A stretch of DNA of 64,000 bases from Minisyncoccota bacterium (GCA_003173865.1 PJMF01000012.1:8908-72907); one strand, 5' to 3'; numbered from the stretch's first letter, positions 10,298 through 19,934 are shown. Made by a program: numbers and translations. Notes: generated from the sequence alone by a model not told the origin.

Positions 10298-11167
10298 ATG
10301 ACACAAACTGATGGACAAGAAACGAGTTTTGATCCTTTTGCAGGAAAATATCAATACGTGCCAAAAACTAATTATTCACAAGTGAGGTTCCATCACGAAT
10401 ATATAGAAGGAATGAAGTACGTGGGGCAAAAATATATTAACGAGATTTTGCCCGCTATTCATCCCAAAAAAAACGGCAATTATCTTGATATCGGTGGTGG
10501 GTCGGGAGAAGTTGCGGAAGCTTTAGAGCAAATGTATGGGGGTCATACGGTAGTGACTGATATCTCTCCAGCAGGATTAACAATGTTTACCGATAAAAAC
10601 AAGGCTGTATCAGATGCAATACACCAACCTTTTGCTGATGGTTCATTCAATTTAGTTCATCTCAAGGATGTGCTCGTGCATATTGAATCTCATAAAGATC
10701 TATTAAAAGAAATTTTTCGTTTACTGAAAGAAGGAGGTATTGCTGTAGTTACAACGGAAGAACTCAATGAAGGCAAGGCGACGCTATATTATGGATCTGA
10801 GCCAAATGAACGCGCTTCTATAAAAATTGATACACTCCAAGAATACAATGAGATTCTAGAAAGATTAAAAAATGGAGAAAAAGACTCAGAGGTCCTTACA
10901 GCCCATTCAAAAAAAATAAATAAATCAATCCCTCCAGATTGGTCAGCAATAAGCATATCGCCTCCGTTCTTTAAGATTAATTTAGAAGAATTGTTGCAAA
11001 TAGTTACGGAGCTTGGTTTTGAAGTAAAAGATATTAAAGACTATAACTCATCAGGAGATACTGATTGGTATAGAGAGTTAAATCGAAAAGTTGTTATTCT
11101 CCGTAAACCACTAGCATCAGTTAAAGAAAAACAGAAACCTTTCCTTCTAAGAAGCTTATTTAAGTAA
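10298..11167 (+). CDS. Class I SAM-dependent methyltransferase
   Basis: Motif I YLDIGGGSGEVAE and post-I acidic residue VVTDIS. ATG at 10298. Confidence 0.7.
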   Translation: MTQTDGQETSFDPFAGKYQYVPKTNYSQVRFHHEYIEGMKYVGQKYINEILPAIHPKKNGNYLDIGGGSGEVAEALEQMYGGHTVVTDISPAGLTMFTDKNKAVSDAIHQPFADGSFNLVHLKDVLVHIESHKDLLKEIFRLLKEGGIAVVTTEELNEGKATLYYGSEPNERASIKIDTLQEYNEILERLKNGEKDSEVLTAHSKKINKSIPPDWSAISISPPFFKINLEELLQIVTELGFEVKDIKDYNSSGDTDWYRELNRKVVILRKPLASVKEKQKPFLLRSLFK

Positions 11168-11578
11168 TTAATTAGTATTGTTTAACACAATACGTTCGAA
11201 CACTGTCTATCACTACCATCGTGATCAATGTTTGTGATAAACTAAATGATAATATGTCAAACCCTTTAGAAAATGAAAGACTAGATCGTCCAGGTATGGG
11301 AGGGAGAAAAACAATCTTGTACGAAACTGATCTCGATCTTATTCCTGGAGATAAAGTCGTTGTGACAGAACATAAAAATGATTTAGATAAAAGAATTGAG
11401 AAACCAAGAAGAAAATTAGGAGTGCCACTAGATGACGGAAAACCAAACAACAATGATCAGAAGTAATTAAGATAAGAGAAGGAATTTTCCTTTACTTCAG
11501 GTAGTTAAAACCATTGCACAACATGACTTCAGTTCTTCATCTTCAAAGTAGTGCTCGAAGAGTAATGAAGAGTTTGAT

Positions 11579-12313
11579 ATGATCACAAACATGAATACTG
11601 ATGCTCGTGAACCCACAATGAGTGTATTTCGAGCTGGCAAAGGAAACACTCACGCTGTAGATGTTCCCATCAACGATCTTCAGTTTATTGGTGAAGGAGC
11701 AGTGGGAACTGTACATCGAGTTACCATTTCCCCTAGAAGAGAAGGTTTAGAACCACTTTATTTTGCTTACAAAAAACTAGACAGCTCAGATCCTAACCGT
11801 ATACAAACAGCCTACACCATTCATCAGAAACTTCTTGAGTTACCCCACGGGAGACAGTTCACCGTGCAAACATTCCGTTTTACTGATGAAGGTCTTTTTA
11901 TGACAGATCTATCAGAAGGAGGAAAAAATTTGGTGGTGTCTTCTAATGATCTTGAGAAGGATGTTCTTTTAGAGGCAAGGCAAATCAATAAAAAAAATCC
12001 CAACTTTATCTCAAACTTCGTACAAAAAGAAGACCTTATCGCAAATGAAGAAGAATGGGAGGCTGAGTTTGAAAAACGCGCAGACGTTATAGCCCGCGAA
12101 ACTGCAGAAGCCGGAATTAAATTACAAGGAGATAGTATCTTTTTTGTTATTTATCCTGATGGTGAGTATAGGCTTTTTGTTGTTGATCTTGATAACGTCA
12201 AGTTATACGAAAACTATCCTTCCGACAACCTATATCAAATAAATTTGCGCGAGATTAAAGATTTAAAGCCTCATCTTTTAGGGTTGTGGTTGAGCCTGGA
12301 AAAATTACTCTAA
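11579..12313 (+). CDS. Atypical protein-kinase-like (PKL) fold protein, Kdo/RIO-like
   Basis: Glycine-rich loop IGEGAVGTVHRV followed by an FAYKKL lysine. Candidate catalytic and metal-binding segments LQGDSIFF and FVVDLDNV. No canonical HRD or DFG motif. Confidence 0.4.
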   Translation: MITNMNTDAREPTMSVFRAGKGNTHAVDVPINDLQFIGEGAVGTVHRVTISPRREGLEPLYFAYKKLDSSDPNRIQTAYTIHQKLLELPHGRQFTVQTFRFTDEGLFMTDLSEGGKNLVVSSNDLEKDVLLEARQINKKNPNFISNFVQKEDLIANEEEWEAEFEKRADVIARETAEAGIKLQGDSIFFVIYPDGEYRLFVVDLDNVKLYENYPSDNLYQINLREIKDLKPHLLGLWLSLEKLL

Positions 12314-12329
12314 ATAAATTCCCCACTTC

Positions 12330-13433
12330 ATGAAAAAAAAGTACTTTCTTATTTTAGTCATTCTGATCTTCTTAGCATGTACTTGGCTGGTCACAAGTGG
12401 CACACTTCTCGCACTCATGGCGAACGGAGCTGATTATGTACTTCGACCCTTGATTGGTGAAAAAAATACAATTAAACTCGAGTCAATCGTGTTTCAGCTT
12501 TCTGACAAAGCTCATCAACTCCACTCACAAAAAATTTCTTCTGCCAAGTCACTCCTCAAAAATACATCAAGCTCTTCTCCCCGTTTGAGAACAGACCTTG
12601 ATTTGAGCCCTGTTGCAAATCCAACAAAATTACCTTCTTTTGAGGGTGAAGGAATCTGGGAGCCCATCCTTTTTGATCAATTTCCCAACGAAGAAGTCAT
12701 GGCTCAAACGGTGATTCACGTTGATAACGATCGTTCGTTTGCGTATGTCGCTTTAGTCAAAATCGATACTCGTAAAATCAAGATTGGTGCAGTTGCGGGA
12801 ACACGTCAACCCGGCGGCCCGATCGGCAATCCGGGAGAAGGAAAAGTTCCAGATGACATTAAACAAAGTGGGAAGTTACTGGCAGCGTTTGATGGAGGAT
12901 TTCAGTATCGTGACGGAGCATATGGCATGATTGTGGACCAAAAAACGTATGTGCCGCTGCGACCAAATTTAGCCACTTTATTTATTGATGAAAATGGTAA
13001 ACCGTCGATGTCTACATATCACGGCGAACCACTTTCCCCACAAACGGCAACAGTTCGTCAAAACGGGGTTCTCTTGGTCGAAAACGGCCAAATTACCCCA
13101 TTTACTGAACCCGGCGCAGACAACTGGGGTCGCACAGTAACCAACTCAATATATACTTGGAGATCTGCTGTAGGTATCACCAGAGATGGCAGTTTACTTT
13201 TTGCAGTCGGTCCCTCATTGCGACCAGATACATTAGCACTAGCCCTGAAAACAGCAGGTGCGGTTACTGCAATGCAGTTAGACGTCAACCCCTATTGGGT
13301 ACGATTTGCTATTTTTCATCCTGCGGAAAATAATACGTATCAATCAACGCCACTCTTGAATGATTTACAGAATGGCGGCTATAGTTATCTTCATGGTTAC
13401 CAAAAAGATTTTTTCTATTTATACGCAAAGTGA
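12330..13433 (+). CDS. Secreted phosphodiester glycosidase family protein (NAGPA/DUF2233-like)
   Basis: N-terminal signal/TM segment. C-terminal region (RSAVGITRDGSLLFAV and TAGAVTAMQLDVNPYW) resembles the phosphodiester glycosidase domain. Confidence 0.55.
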   Translation: MKKKYFLILVILIFLACTWLVTSGTLLALMANGADYVLRPLIGEKNTIKLESIVFQLSDKAHQLHSQKISSAKSLLKNTSSSSPRLRTDLDLSPVANPTKLPSFEGEGIWEPILFDQFPNEEVMAQTVIHVDNDRSFAYVALVKIDTRKIKIGAVAGTRQPGGPIGNPGEGKVPDDIKQSGKLLAAFDGGFQYRDGAYGMIVDQKTYVPLRPNLATLFIDENGKPSMSTYHGEPLSPQTATVRQNGVLLVENGQITPFTEPGADNWGRTVTNSIYTWRSAVGITRDGSLLFAVGPSLRPDTLALALKTAGAVTAMQLDVNPYWVRFAIFHPAENNTYQSTPLLNDLQNGGYSYLHGYQKDFFYLYAK

Positions 13434-13512
13434 GAACGGACGATTGCAATCTTAAACATCTGAGGTAAACTGAGAATTTGCTGAAAAGGCAGGCTGCTAA
13501 CAAGTTTTTAAT

Positions 13513-14346
13513 ATGCGTTACTTAATCATTAATGCTGACGACTTTGGCATGAGCCAAGAGATTAACGAAGGCATCAAGCGGGGCATCGAAGCAGGTGTGA
13601 TCACCAGCGTTTCGGTCATGGTGAACATGCCATTTGCCGATGACGCAATCAAGTTTTTAAAAAAACATCCTGAAGTCTCTGTTGGATTACATTTTAATAT
13701 CACCGAAGGATCCCCAACTCTCAAACCAAAACAAATTACGACTTTGCTGAGGGAAGATAATAGTTATTTTCACTGGAGTTCTTTAGTTATTAAATTGCTG
13801 CTCGGTCAATGTTCTTTAGACGAAATTAATCTGGTGCTCATCAGTCAATATCGGAAGTTGAAGAGTACCGGCCTGAAAATTACACATTTAGATAGTCATC
13901 ATCACATTCATCTATTTCCCACCATTTTTAAAGGATTTGTTGACTTTGCGCATCGGGAAAAAGTAGCTGCACTGCGGTCGCGCCGATTTAATCTCTGGAA
14001 CTTAACGAGCAGTCTACGTAAAGGAATCACTTCCAAACAATGTTTAATTTTATCGATGTGTCTTTTTAATAATTTCTTTACTAAGAACTCGCTTGACCTC
14101 TCCGGCGGAAATAGCATCTACGACTTAAACTGGGATCCTAATCTCACTGAAGCAAAGTTTCTCCGCATTATCCAAAACTTCGGCCCTGGTGTAACGGAAA
14201 TCATTTGTCATCCTGCCATCGCAAGTAAAGATGGCAACGAAAAGTTTTTACGACCCAGAGAACGTGGGCTTAACTTACTGCTTAGTCCAGCCTTTTTAGC
14301 AGAGTTGAAAAAAAATAAAATCAAGTTAATTTCTCGAAACGCCTAG
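13513..14346 (+). CDS. YdjC/ChbG-family carbohydrate deacetylase
   Basis: N-terminus LIINADDFGMSQEINEGI is the hallmark of the YdjC family. Confidence 0.8.
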   Translation: MRYLIINADDFGMSQEINEGIKRGIEAGVITSVSVMVNMPFADDAIKFLKKHPEVSVGLHFNITEGSPTLKPKQITTLLREDNSYFHWSSLVIKLLLGQCSLDEINLVLISQYRKLKSTGLKITHLDSHHHIHLFPTIFKGFVDFAHREKVAALRSRRFNLWNLTSSLRKGITSKQCLILSMCLFNNFFTKNSLDLSGGNSIYDLNWDPNLTEAKFLRIIQNFGPGVTEIICHPAIASKDGNEKFLRPRERGLNLLLSPAFLAELKKNKIKLISRNA

Positions 14347-14349
14347 ACT

Positions 14350-15876
14350 CTATACAAATCCTGGAAAGTAATCTTTTTTAATCCGCTGACGCTGTACCCC
14401 CATACCTAATAAAACACTTTCGTACGCTTCAACCATTGCGTGCGGACCTGAAAGATAAAAAAATCGCTCAGCAAAATCGGGAACTTCTTCTTTAATCATG
14501 GCGTCATTAATTCTCCCCACTTTTCCTTTCCAATCTTTTGGAACAGTTTCCAAATCAGTTAAGGTATAAACAACTTTAATGCCCAGTTGGGTTTCAGCTT
14601 GAGAAAATACGTCACTATACGCAATCTCTTTTGCTTCTTTATTCGCATAAAAAAGAATGATTGGCCGCGGTTCGTTTTTATCAAGTAGGTGCTTCAACAT
14701 GCTTCGAAATGGTGTTACTCCGATACCACCAGCGATAAAGACGCATTTTTGCTGCGGATTTTCGGGCAGTGTAAAGTCTCCCGAAAGTTGAGCCCCAACG
14801 ATCAGAGTGTTTTCGTTCATTTGCGACATTGCCTTTTTATATGAACTGCCTTTAGGATAAAACTTGACTCCTAAGTGAATCATGTCTTCACTGGGTGAAG
14901 ATGCAATCGTGAAGTAACGGCGATTTCCTCGATCGTCAGAACGCCGGTGAGGCAACGTCCACTCCATGTATTGTCCCGGATTAAAAACAAAATTTTTAGG
15001 TCTCTCAAATTGAAAATCCACTACGTCATCCCCATACTTCACCTGATTTTTAAGCTGCAACATTAATTTAAATTTGGGACTCACAAAATAAGAAAAAATA
15101 TTTCCGATTCCCAGCGCAACTTCCGGCGTTGAGTAAAATTGGGCGATATGAATTTGCGGCGCGAACAAAAAACCAACCAATGCTCCGTAGATCATCTGCA
15201 GTTTTTGAGTGGGAGGTGTCGTCAACGGCTCTGTTAACATGACAAAGGCCAAGAAAAAAAGTGGCGAGTCAAGTGCAACTGTTTTTACGGTTGTCATGAC
15301 GTTTCCACCACTCAGCAAAGTTAAACCAAATATAGTAGCTATCGCGAAAACAAAAAAAGCTGCCACCAACCGAGCGCGACGCATTTTTCGTATTAACAGT
15401 GCTCCTCCAATAATCACAAATGGAGCAAGTAACGCTGTTCCTATCCACCAGCTTGCCGCAACATTGAGCCCAAAAGAAATCAACACCACTCCCACCACGA
15501 CGGGATTAAAAAAATGCTTTTTATGGAAAGCAAAAATATACTTAGAGGCCATCGTCAAGATAGAGGCCCAAAAAAGCACCGGCACTTCAGATATATTTTT
15601 GGCGGGATCAAGAATTAAAACGAGTATCAGCGCCGAAATAAACACCGACTCCACGTTAGTGGGCGCCGAAAAAATCATCGCGAAAATCTCATTTACCAGC
15701 CAGCACACCACTACAATAAATTCAGCTGACAGCAGCAACGAAAGAGCTGAAAAAGGCATAAGGCCAAAAAGAGCAAAAATAAAGGCGATGATCACGAGGA
15801 CAATTAAGTAATACAAAACCAAACGATACATCGTAATGAAGTTCAAAAAGTTATCGATTTTTTCCAGTACGTTCAT
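14350..15876 (-). CDS. Membrane-bound FAD/NAD(P)-binding oxidoreductase (N-terminal polytopic domain fused to FNR-like module)
   Basis: About six or more N-terminal TM helices. C-terminal FNR-type motifs RRYFTIASSP (FAD binding) and GGIGVTPF (NAD(P) binding). ATG 15876 overlaps the stop of the upstream gene (ATGA). Confidence 0.65.
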   Translation of the reverse strand: MNVLEKIDNFLNFITMYRLVLYYLIVLVIIAFIFALFGLMPFSALSLLLSAEFIVVVCWLVNEIFAMIFSAPTNVESVFISALILVLILDPAKNISEVPVLFWASILTMASKYIFAFHKKHFFNPVVVGVVLISFGLNVAASWWIGTALLAPFVIIGGALLIRKMRRARLVAAFFVFAIATIFGLTLLSGGNVMTTVKTVALDSPLFFLAFVMLTEPLTTPPTQKLQMIYGALVGFLFAPQIHIAQFYSTPEVALGIGNIFSYFVSPKFKLMLQLKNQVKYGDDVVDFQFERPKNFVFNPGQYMEWTLPHRRSDDRGNRRYFTIASSPSEDMIHLGVKFYPKGSSYKKAMSQMNENTLIVGAQLSGDFTLPENPQQKCVFIAGGIGVTPFRSMLKHLLDKNEPRPIILFYANKEAKEIAYSDVFSQAETQLGIKVVYTLTDLETVPKDWKGKVGRINDAMIKEEVPDFAERFFYLSGPHAMVEAYESVLLGMGVQRQRIKKDYFPGFV

Positions 15877-16673
15877 AGCTTTGCCTTGTTCAATGCGGAC
15901 TGCAGTGAAGTGATAAATGCTTGACTCGTGGCAGTCGCACTTGTCACGATATTGACCTGTGCGCTTTGCGCTTGAATTGCTTCTTGTTGGAGGATTGGCA
16001 TTGCAGTGGCATTCAACATTCTCGAGTGATTGACCTTATCTGGATACTGTAAAAATTGAACGTTCATGATCTTGCCATTTTGAATACTAGCCTGGACTTG
16101 TACGTTTCCGTAGTATGCGTCAACCACATCTCCCACGAATAGACCATCACTATATCCACTTGCTGGCCGAGGGGTAGGTGTTGGCCACGGCGTTGGCTCA
16201 GGCGTGGGAATAACAAAGTATGTCGGGTAAGGCGTTGGTGTGGGAAACGGGGTTGGTTGAGAAGTTGGCCAAGGAGTGGCCTGATACGTAGGATATGGAG
16301 TAGATCGAGGTGTCGCCGTGGGAAATGGTGTTGAAAACGGTGTGGGGTAATACGTAGGCCGCGGAGTGTTTGTGTATGAGACGAGCCTTGGTGTCGGAAT
16401 TGGTTTCGGTGTAGGTGGAAGTGTGACTAAAACCGGAGCTCCAGATAAATCAGGGGACGGTGAAGGAGAAGAAAAAGTATCTGAAGAACTCTCGGCATCG
16501 CTTGCGTCAGAAGAATCACTCAAAGTCGGAGTTGGCGAGGGAAAGTTCGTTAAGGTATTTTGATTGGGAGTTGCAATCAGCGAAGCAGCAAGCCTACTCT
16601 CCTGCCGACGATAAAGCAAAGAATAAAAAGTAAATACTCCAAGTACACTAAAAGAAAAAATGAGTTTTTTCAT
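15873..16673 (-). CDS. Secreted/anchored FMN-binding domain protein with Pro/Thr-rich linker (flavinylation motif present)
   Basis: N-terminal signal/TM segment. Long PTP/YPT low-complexity linker. C-terminal FMN_bind-like domain (GNVQVQASIQNGKIMNVQFLQYPDK) with a VTSATATS segment matching the S/T-x-AT flavinylation site. Confidence 0.7.
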   Translation of the reverse strand: MKKLIFSFSVLGVFTFYSLLYRRQESRLAASLIATPNQNTLTNFPSPTPTLSDSSDASDAESSSDTFSSPSPSPDLSGAPVLVTLPPTPKPIPTPRLVSYTNTPRPTYYPTPFSTPFPTATPRSTPYPTYQATPWPTSQPTPFPTPTPYPTYFVIPTPEPTPWPTPTPRPASGYSDGLFVGDVVDAYYGNVQVQASIQNGKIMNVQFLQYPDKVNHSRMLNATAMPILQQEAIQAQSAQVNIVTSATATSQAFITSLQSALNKAKL

Positions 16674-16756
16674 TCGTGTAAAAAGTATATGTCATTTCGG
16701 ATTCTAGGAAAAGGAAAAGATCTAGTTGAACAAACTCTTTTTGCCGAATAGAATTG

Positions 16757-17899
16757 ATGTATATGTCTAAATCCTCTTTTTCAATCTCTGATTCTTTTAG
16801 TAAAGCGTGGGAGGCCTTTAAGTCTCATTTTGCAGATATCATGCTGGCGGGAATTGTGGTATTTTTTTGTTCGATTCTTATTGGTGTTTTGGGCAGACTT
16901 TTCTTTGGTTCTCTTCCCGCTCAAGTTATTTACCGCATTGTCAGCGCCGTTCTAAGTGCCTTTTTAAGTATCGGATTGATTAAGATTGGGCTTGGAGCTT
17001 TACGTGGAGGATCAACTGATCTTTCTCAATTTCAGCAGCCAGTAAGCAAAGCAGTGAAGTATGTCGTTGCGTCGTTCATGTTTTCAGCGGTCATGCTTCT
17101 GGGTATCATTTGTTTTATCATTCCAGGTGTGTATTTTGCGCTCCGATATCAGTTTGTATTTGTTCTTATTGCCGATAAAGATGTCGGAATCTTAGAAGCG
17201 TTTGCCATGAGTTCGCAGATGACAAAAGGTTCCAAACTTGATTTGTTTGGTTTGGCGATCATGAACTTAGTAGTAAATGTTTTGGGATTTTTCGCGCTCC
17301 TAATTGGTCTTATTGTGACTATTCCGGTAACTCAACTCGCTAAATTGGCTGCGTATCAACAATTAATACCTAAAGTTAACAAATCATTGCTCCCACAGCA
17401 AAAAAAGAATGATCAAAATATTTTCGTGCTTGTACTTCTCTTCTTGATTGTGGTTGCGTTTGCTTCTGTATTTGCGTGGAAAGCCTTTCTGCAAAATCGC
17501 CATGTTTTTCAGTCAGCAGAATCACTCGGCATCCCTACTTACCCTCCCAGCCTAAGTGCCGGTACCTCAAACCCAAGTTCAAGTACTCAACTTTTTTACA
17601 ATTGGTATCTTGCTTGTAATAAGGCTCATCTAAACTGTCTGGATAAACTAAGTTTATTTGCTGTCGATGGTAGTTTGGCTAGTCAATTTCTTCCCAAACG
17701 AGCTCTTGATCCAATTGTCTGTGCTCAAGACATGCCACGTTCAGTTGAAGTAATAGGTCAGAGTCTTTATCCAAGTGGTAATCAGGCTACTATTTACGCA
17801 AATGGAAACTTTGATAGCGGAATCGTTACTCATATGTCGGTCCTCACGACGAAAGTCAACGGGGCGTGGAAAATTCAAAACGTGACGTGTTCGAAGTAG
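16757..17899 (+). CDS. DUF975 / GP-PDE membrane-domain family protein with Cys-containing extracytoplasmic C-terminus
   Basis: Multi-TM N-terminal domain with FIIPGVYFALRYQF and ILEAFAMSSQMTKG, as in DUF975. C-terminal 130 aa are hydrophilic and contain several Cys. Confidence 0.5.
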   Translation: MYMSKSSFSISDSFSKAWEAFKSHFADIMLAGIVVFFCSILIGVLGRLFFGSLPAQVIYRIVSAVLSAFLSIGLIKIGLGALRGGSTDLSQFQQPVSKAVKYVVASFMFSAVMLLGIICFIIPGVYFALRYQFVFVLIADKDVGILEAFAMSSQMTKGSKLDLFGLAIMNLVVNVLGFFALLIGLIVTIPVTQLAKLAAYQQLIPKVNKSLLPQQKKNDQNIFVLVLLFLIVVAFASVFAWKAFLQNRHVFQSAESLGIPTYPPSLSAGTSNPSSSTQLFYNWYLACNKAHLNCLDKLSLFAVDGSLASQFLPKRALDPIVCAQDMPRSVEVIGQSLYPSGNQATIYANGNFDSGIVTHMSVLTTKVNGAWKIQNVTCSK

Positions 17900-17949
17900 G
17901 TGCGGACGAAACCGTGCTGGTTCTGTACTTTTCTTGACCCAGAAGGAAA

Positions 17950-18183
17950 TTGTTGGCAATTTGTGGGAAAGCGGGAGTAAAATACAGGATCATGACGAAT
18001 GCTGAATTTTCTCCTAATTTCACAAGTGCAGTTGCACTTTTAAATAAGGAAAGCCTATCTTTGGAAGAGCAAATAATACTGATGACGCTAAAAAAGTCAC
18101 TTACCCCTAAAGAGAAAATCAAACTTTCAATGGTCGAGTACATTGCAGGAAACAAAAAAAGATTTTTAGATCAAAATAAATAA
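17950..18183 (+). CDS. Hypothetical small protein
   Basis: 77-aa ORF in an otherwise non-coding gap. No recognisable motif. Confidence 0.25.
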   Translation: MLAICGKAGVKYRIMTNAEFSPNFTSAVALLNKESLSLEEQIILMTLKKSLTPKEKIKLSMVEYIAGNKKRFLDQNK

Positions 18184-18237
18184 GTATCTAACACAACCTC
18201 ATTGCACTTCCGCCCAAAACCATTTATCCTTTTAGTA

Positions 18238-19881
18238 ATGCCCTTTACTCCTGACGCAACGCATCCAATTGCTTTTTTTTGTGCTGAGTTTGGTGTTGAT
18301 TCTGCGCTTCCTATCTATGCCGGTGGACTTGGAGTCCTTGCCGGCGACATTCTCAAAGAGGCCGCTGATCAAAACTTACCGTATGTTGGTGTAGGTCTTC
18401 TCTATCGCGGTGAAGGTGCAGTTCAAGAAATTTCCTCAGAGGGTGAACAAATTGAAAAGAACTACTCATTCGATCCCTTAAGCCTTGGACTCGAGCATGT
18501 GTACCTCGATGAAATGCCACTTTTTATTAAAGTGCATTTAACTCAACTCGATATTTGGGTGCGTTGTTGGAAGAAAAAAATTGGTGAGACGGTAACGCTC
18601 TATCTCCTCGACACAGATACGGAACAAAATCATGCGAGCGACAGACGCATTGCCCATGCGCTGTATGCGGGTTCAGAAGAAGAGGTGATTAAGCAGCAAC
18701 TCATTCTAGGAATTGGCGGGGTAAAGTTACTGCATGCGTTAGGCATTCATCCAAGTCTCTATCATGTCAATGAAGGTCGACCTGCATTTTTACATTGGCA
18801 GTTAATTCGGAGTCACATGGATGAAAATGGAATGAGCTTCAAAGATGCCAACGAACTTGCTCGGCAAAAAACCGTGTACACCAACCACACGCTTGTAGAA
18901 GCTGGCAATCAACAATTTACTGCACATTTTTTACGCGCATACGGGACATACTACGCAAAGCGCATGGGTGTTGAAATTGATGATCTTTTAAAGCCGGGCT
19001 TAGATCAAAGTGGTGAACACTTTAGCATTACCGAGTACGCGTTAAATACTTCTCGCAAAGCATCTGCTGTGAGTCAGCTGCACTATCAATTTTGTCAACA
19101 GCAATGGCCCACTGCACATTGGGTCGGGATTACAAATGGTATTCATTTGCCAACTTGGCAAAATTCTGAAGTGGCTACTCATCTGCATGACCCAAATCAA
19201 TTGTGGTTTGCTCATCTTGGACTCAAGCGCCGAACCATGGAGTACATTCAAAAAAGAACCGGCTTTGGGTATGATCCCAATCGCCTCGTTCTCACTTGGT
19301 CACGCAGAATTGCAGGATATAAACAAATTGACGGATTATTTGCTGATTTGCAAAGATTGAAATCAATTCTGTCAGTTTCTAATAAACCCGTCCAACTCTT
19401 AATTGCCGGGAAAGCTCACATCTACGATACAGCCGCTAAAAAAACATTACAAAAAATCATTCACTACCTGCAAACAGATCTGAGTGGCTATGCGCTTTTT
19501 ATTCCCAACTTAGATATTGAGCTCGATCAAATGCTCGTCAGTGGCTCTGACGTTTGGTTGAACACACCGGAATACGGCAAAGAAGCATCGGGAACTTCCG
19601 GCATGAAGGCGTTATCAAACGGTGTTTTACAATGCACCGTCGCTGACGGTTGGGCAAACGAAGTTGAGTGGAACGGAATCGGTTGGAAACTTGATCCGCA
19701 TCATTTATCAGAAAGTTTTTATCACTTTATGGAAAGAGATATTCAACCACTTTTTTATGCACGTTCGAGTGAAAGAGTTCCCCTTGAATGGGTGCGCCGC
19801 ATGCAAGAAAGCATTCAACTTTCTTCAAAGTTCTCAGCAACGCGAATGATCAAGCAATATTGTGATGAGCTCTACTCATAA
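18238..19881 (+). CDS. glgP: Alpha-glucan (glycogen/starch) phosphorylase, GT35 short form
   Basis: FFCAEFGVDSALPIYAGGLGVLAGD N-terminus and PLP-lysine region EASGTSGMKALSNG. The 18202 start in the ORF track is a TTG; ATG at 18238. Confidence 0.85.
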   Translation: MPFTPDATHPIAFFCAEFGVDSALPIYAGGLGVLAGDILKEAADQNLPYVGVGLLYRGEGAVQEISSEGEQIEKNYSFDPLSLGLEHVYLDEMPLFIKVHLTQLDIWVRCWKKKIGETVTLYLLDTDTEQNHASDRRIAHALYAGSEEEVIKQQLILGIGGVKLLHALGIHPSLYHVNEGRPAFLHWQLIRSHMDENGMSFKDANELARQKTVYTNHTLVEAGNQQFTAHFLRAYGTYYAKRMGVEIDDLLKPGLDQSGEHFSITEYALNTSRKASAVSQLHYQFCQQQWPTAHWVGITNGIHLPTWQNSEVATHLHDPNQLWFAHLGLKRRTMEYIQKRTGFGYDPNRLVLTWSRRIAGYKQIDGLFADLQRLKSILSVSNKPVQLLIAGKAHIYDTAAKKTLQKIIHYLQTDLSGYALFIPNLDIELDQMLVSGSDVWLNTPEYGKEASGTSGMKALSNGVLQCTVADGWANEVEWNGIGWKLDPHHLSESFYHFMERDIQPLFYARSSERVPLEWVRRMQESIQLSSKFSATRMIKQYCDELYS

Positions 19882-19934
19882 TCCTCATAAATTGTGCTAT
19901 TCTAATCTTAACTACTTGTAGATTAGGGGCACAT

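Noticed and set aside
11172-11466. Two overlapping small ORFs on opposite strands (81 aa plus-strand, 93 aa minus-strand) in the 11.17-11.58 kb gap
   Set aside because: Neither has a recognisable domain and they mutually overlap. The strand cannot be decided from sequence alone. At most one is real, so they are left unannotated.
15209-15811. 200-aa plus-strand ORF antisense to the membrane oxidoreductase
   Set aside because: Lies entirely inside the TM-coding region of a gene with clear FNR motifs. Its translation is low-complexity Ala/Lys/Thr-rich, as expected from the reverse strand of hydrophobic codons.
16090-16460. DNA tandem repeat, CRISPR or mobile-element repeat at the PT-rich tract
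   Set aside because: The periodicity is irregular with no spacer-like unique units. It is in-frame coding for a Pro/Thr linker, so it is not a CRISPR array or an IS end.
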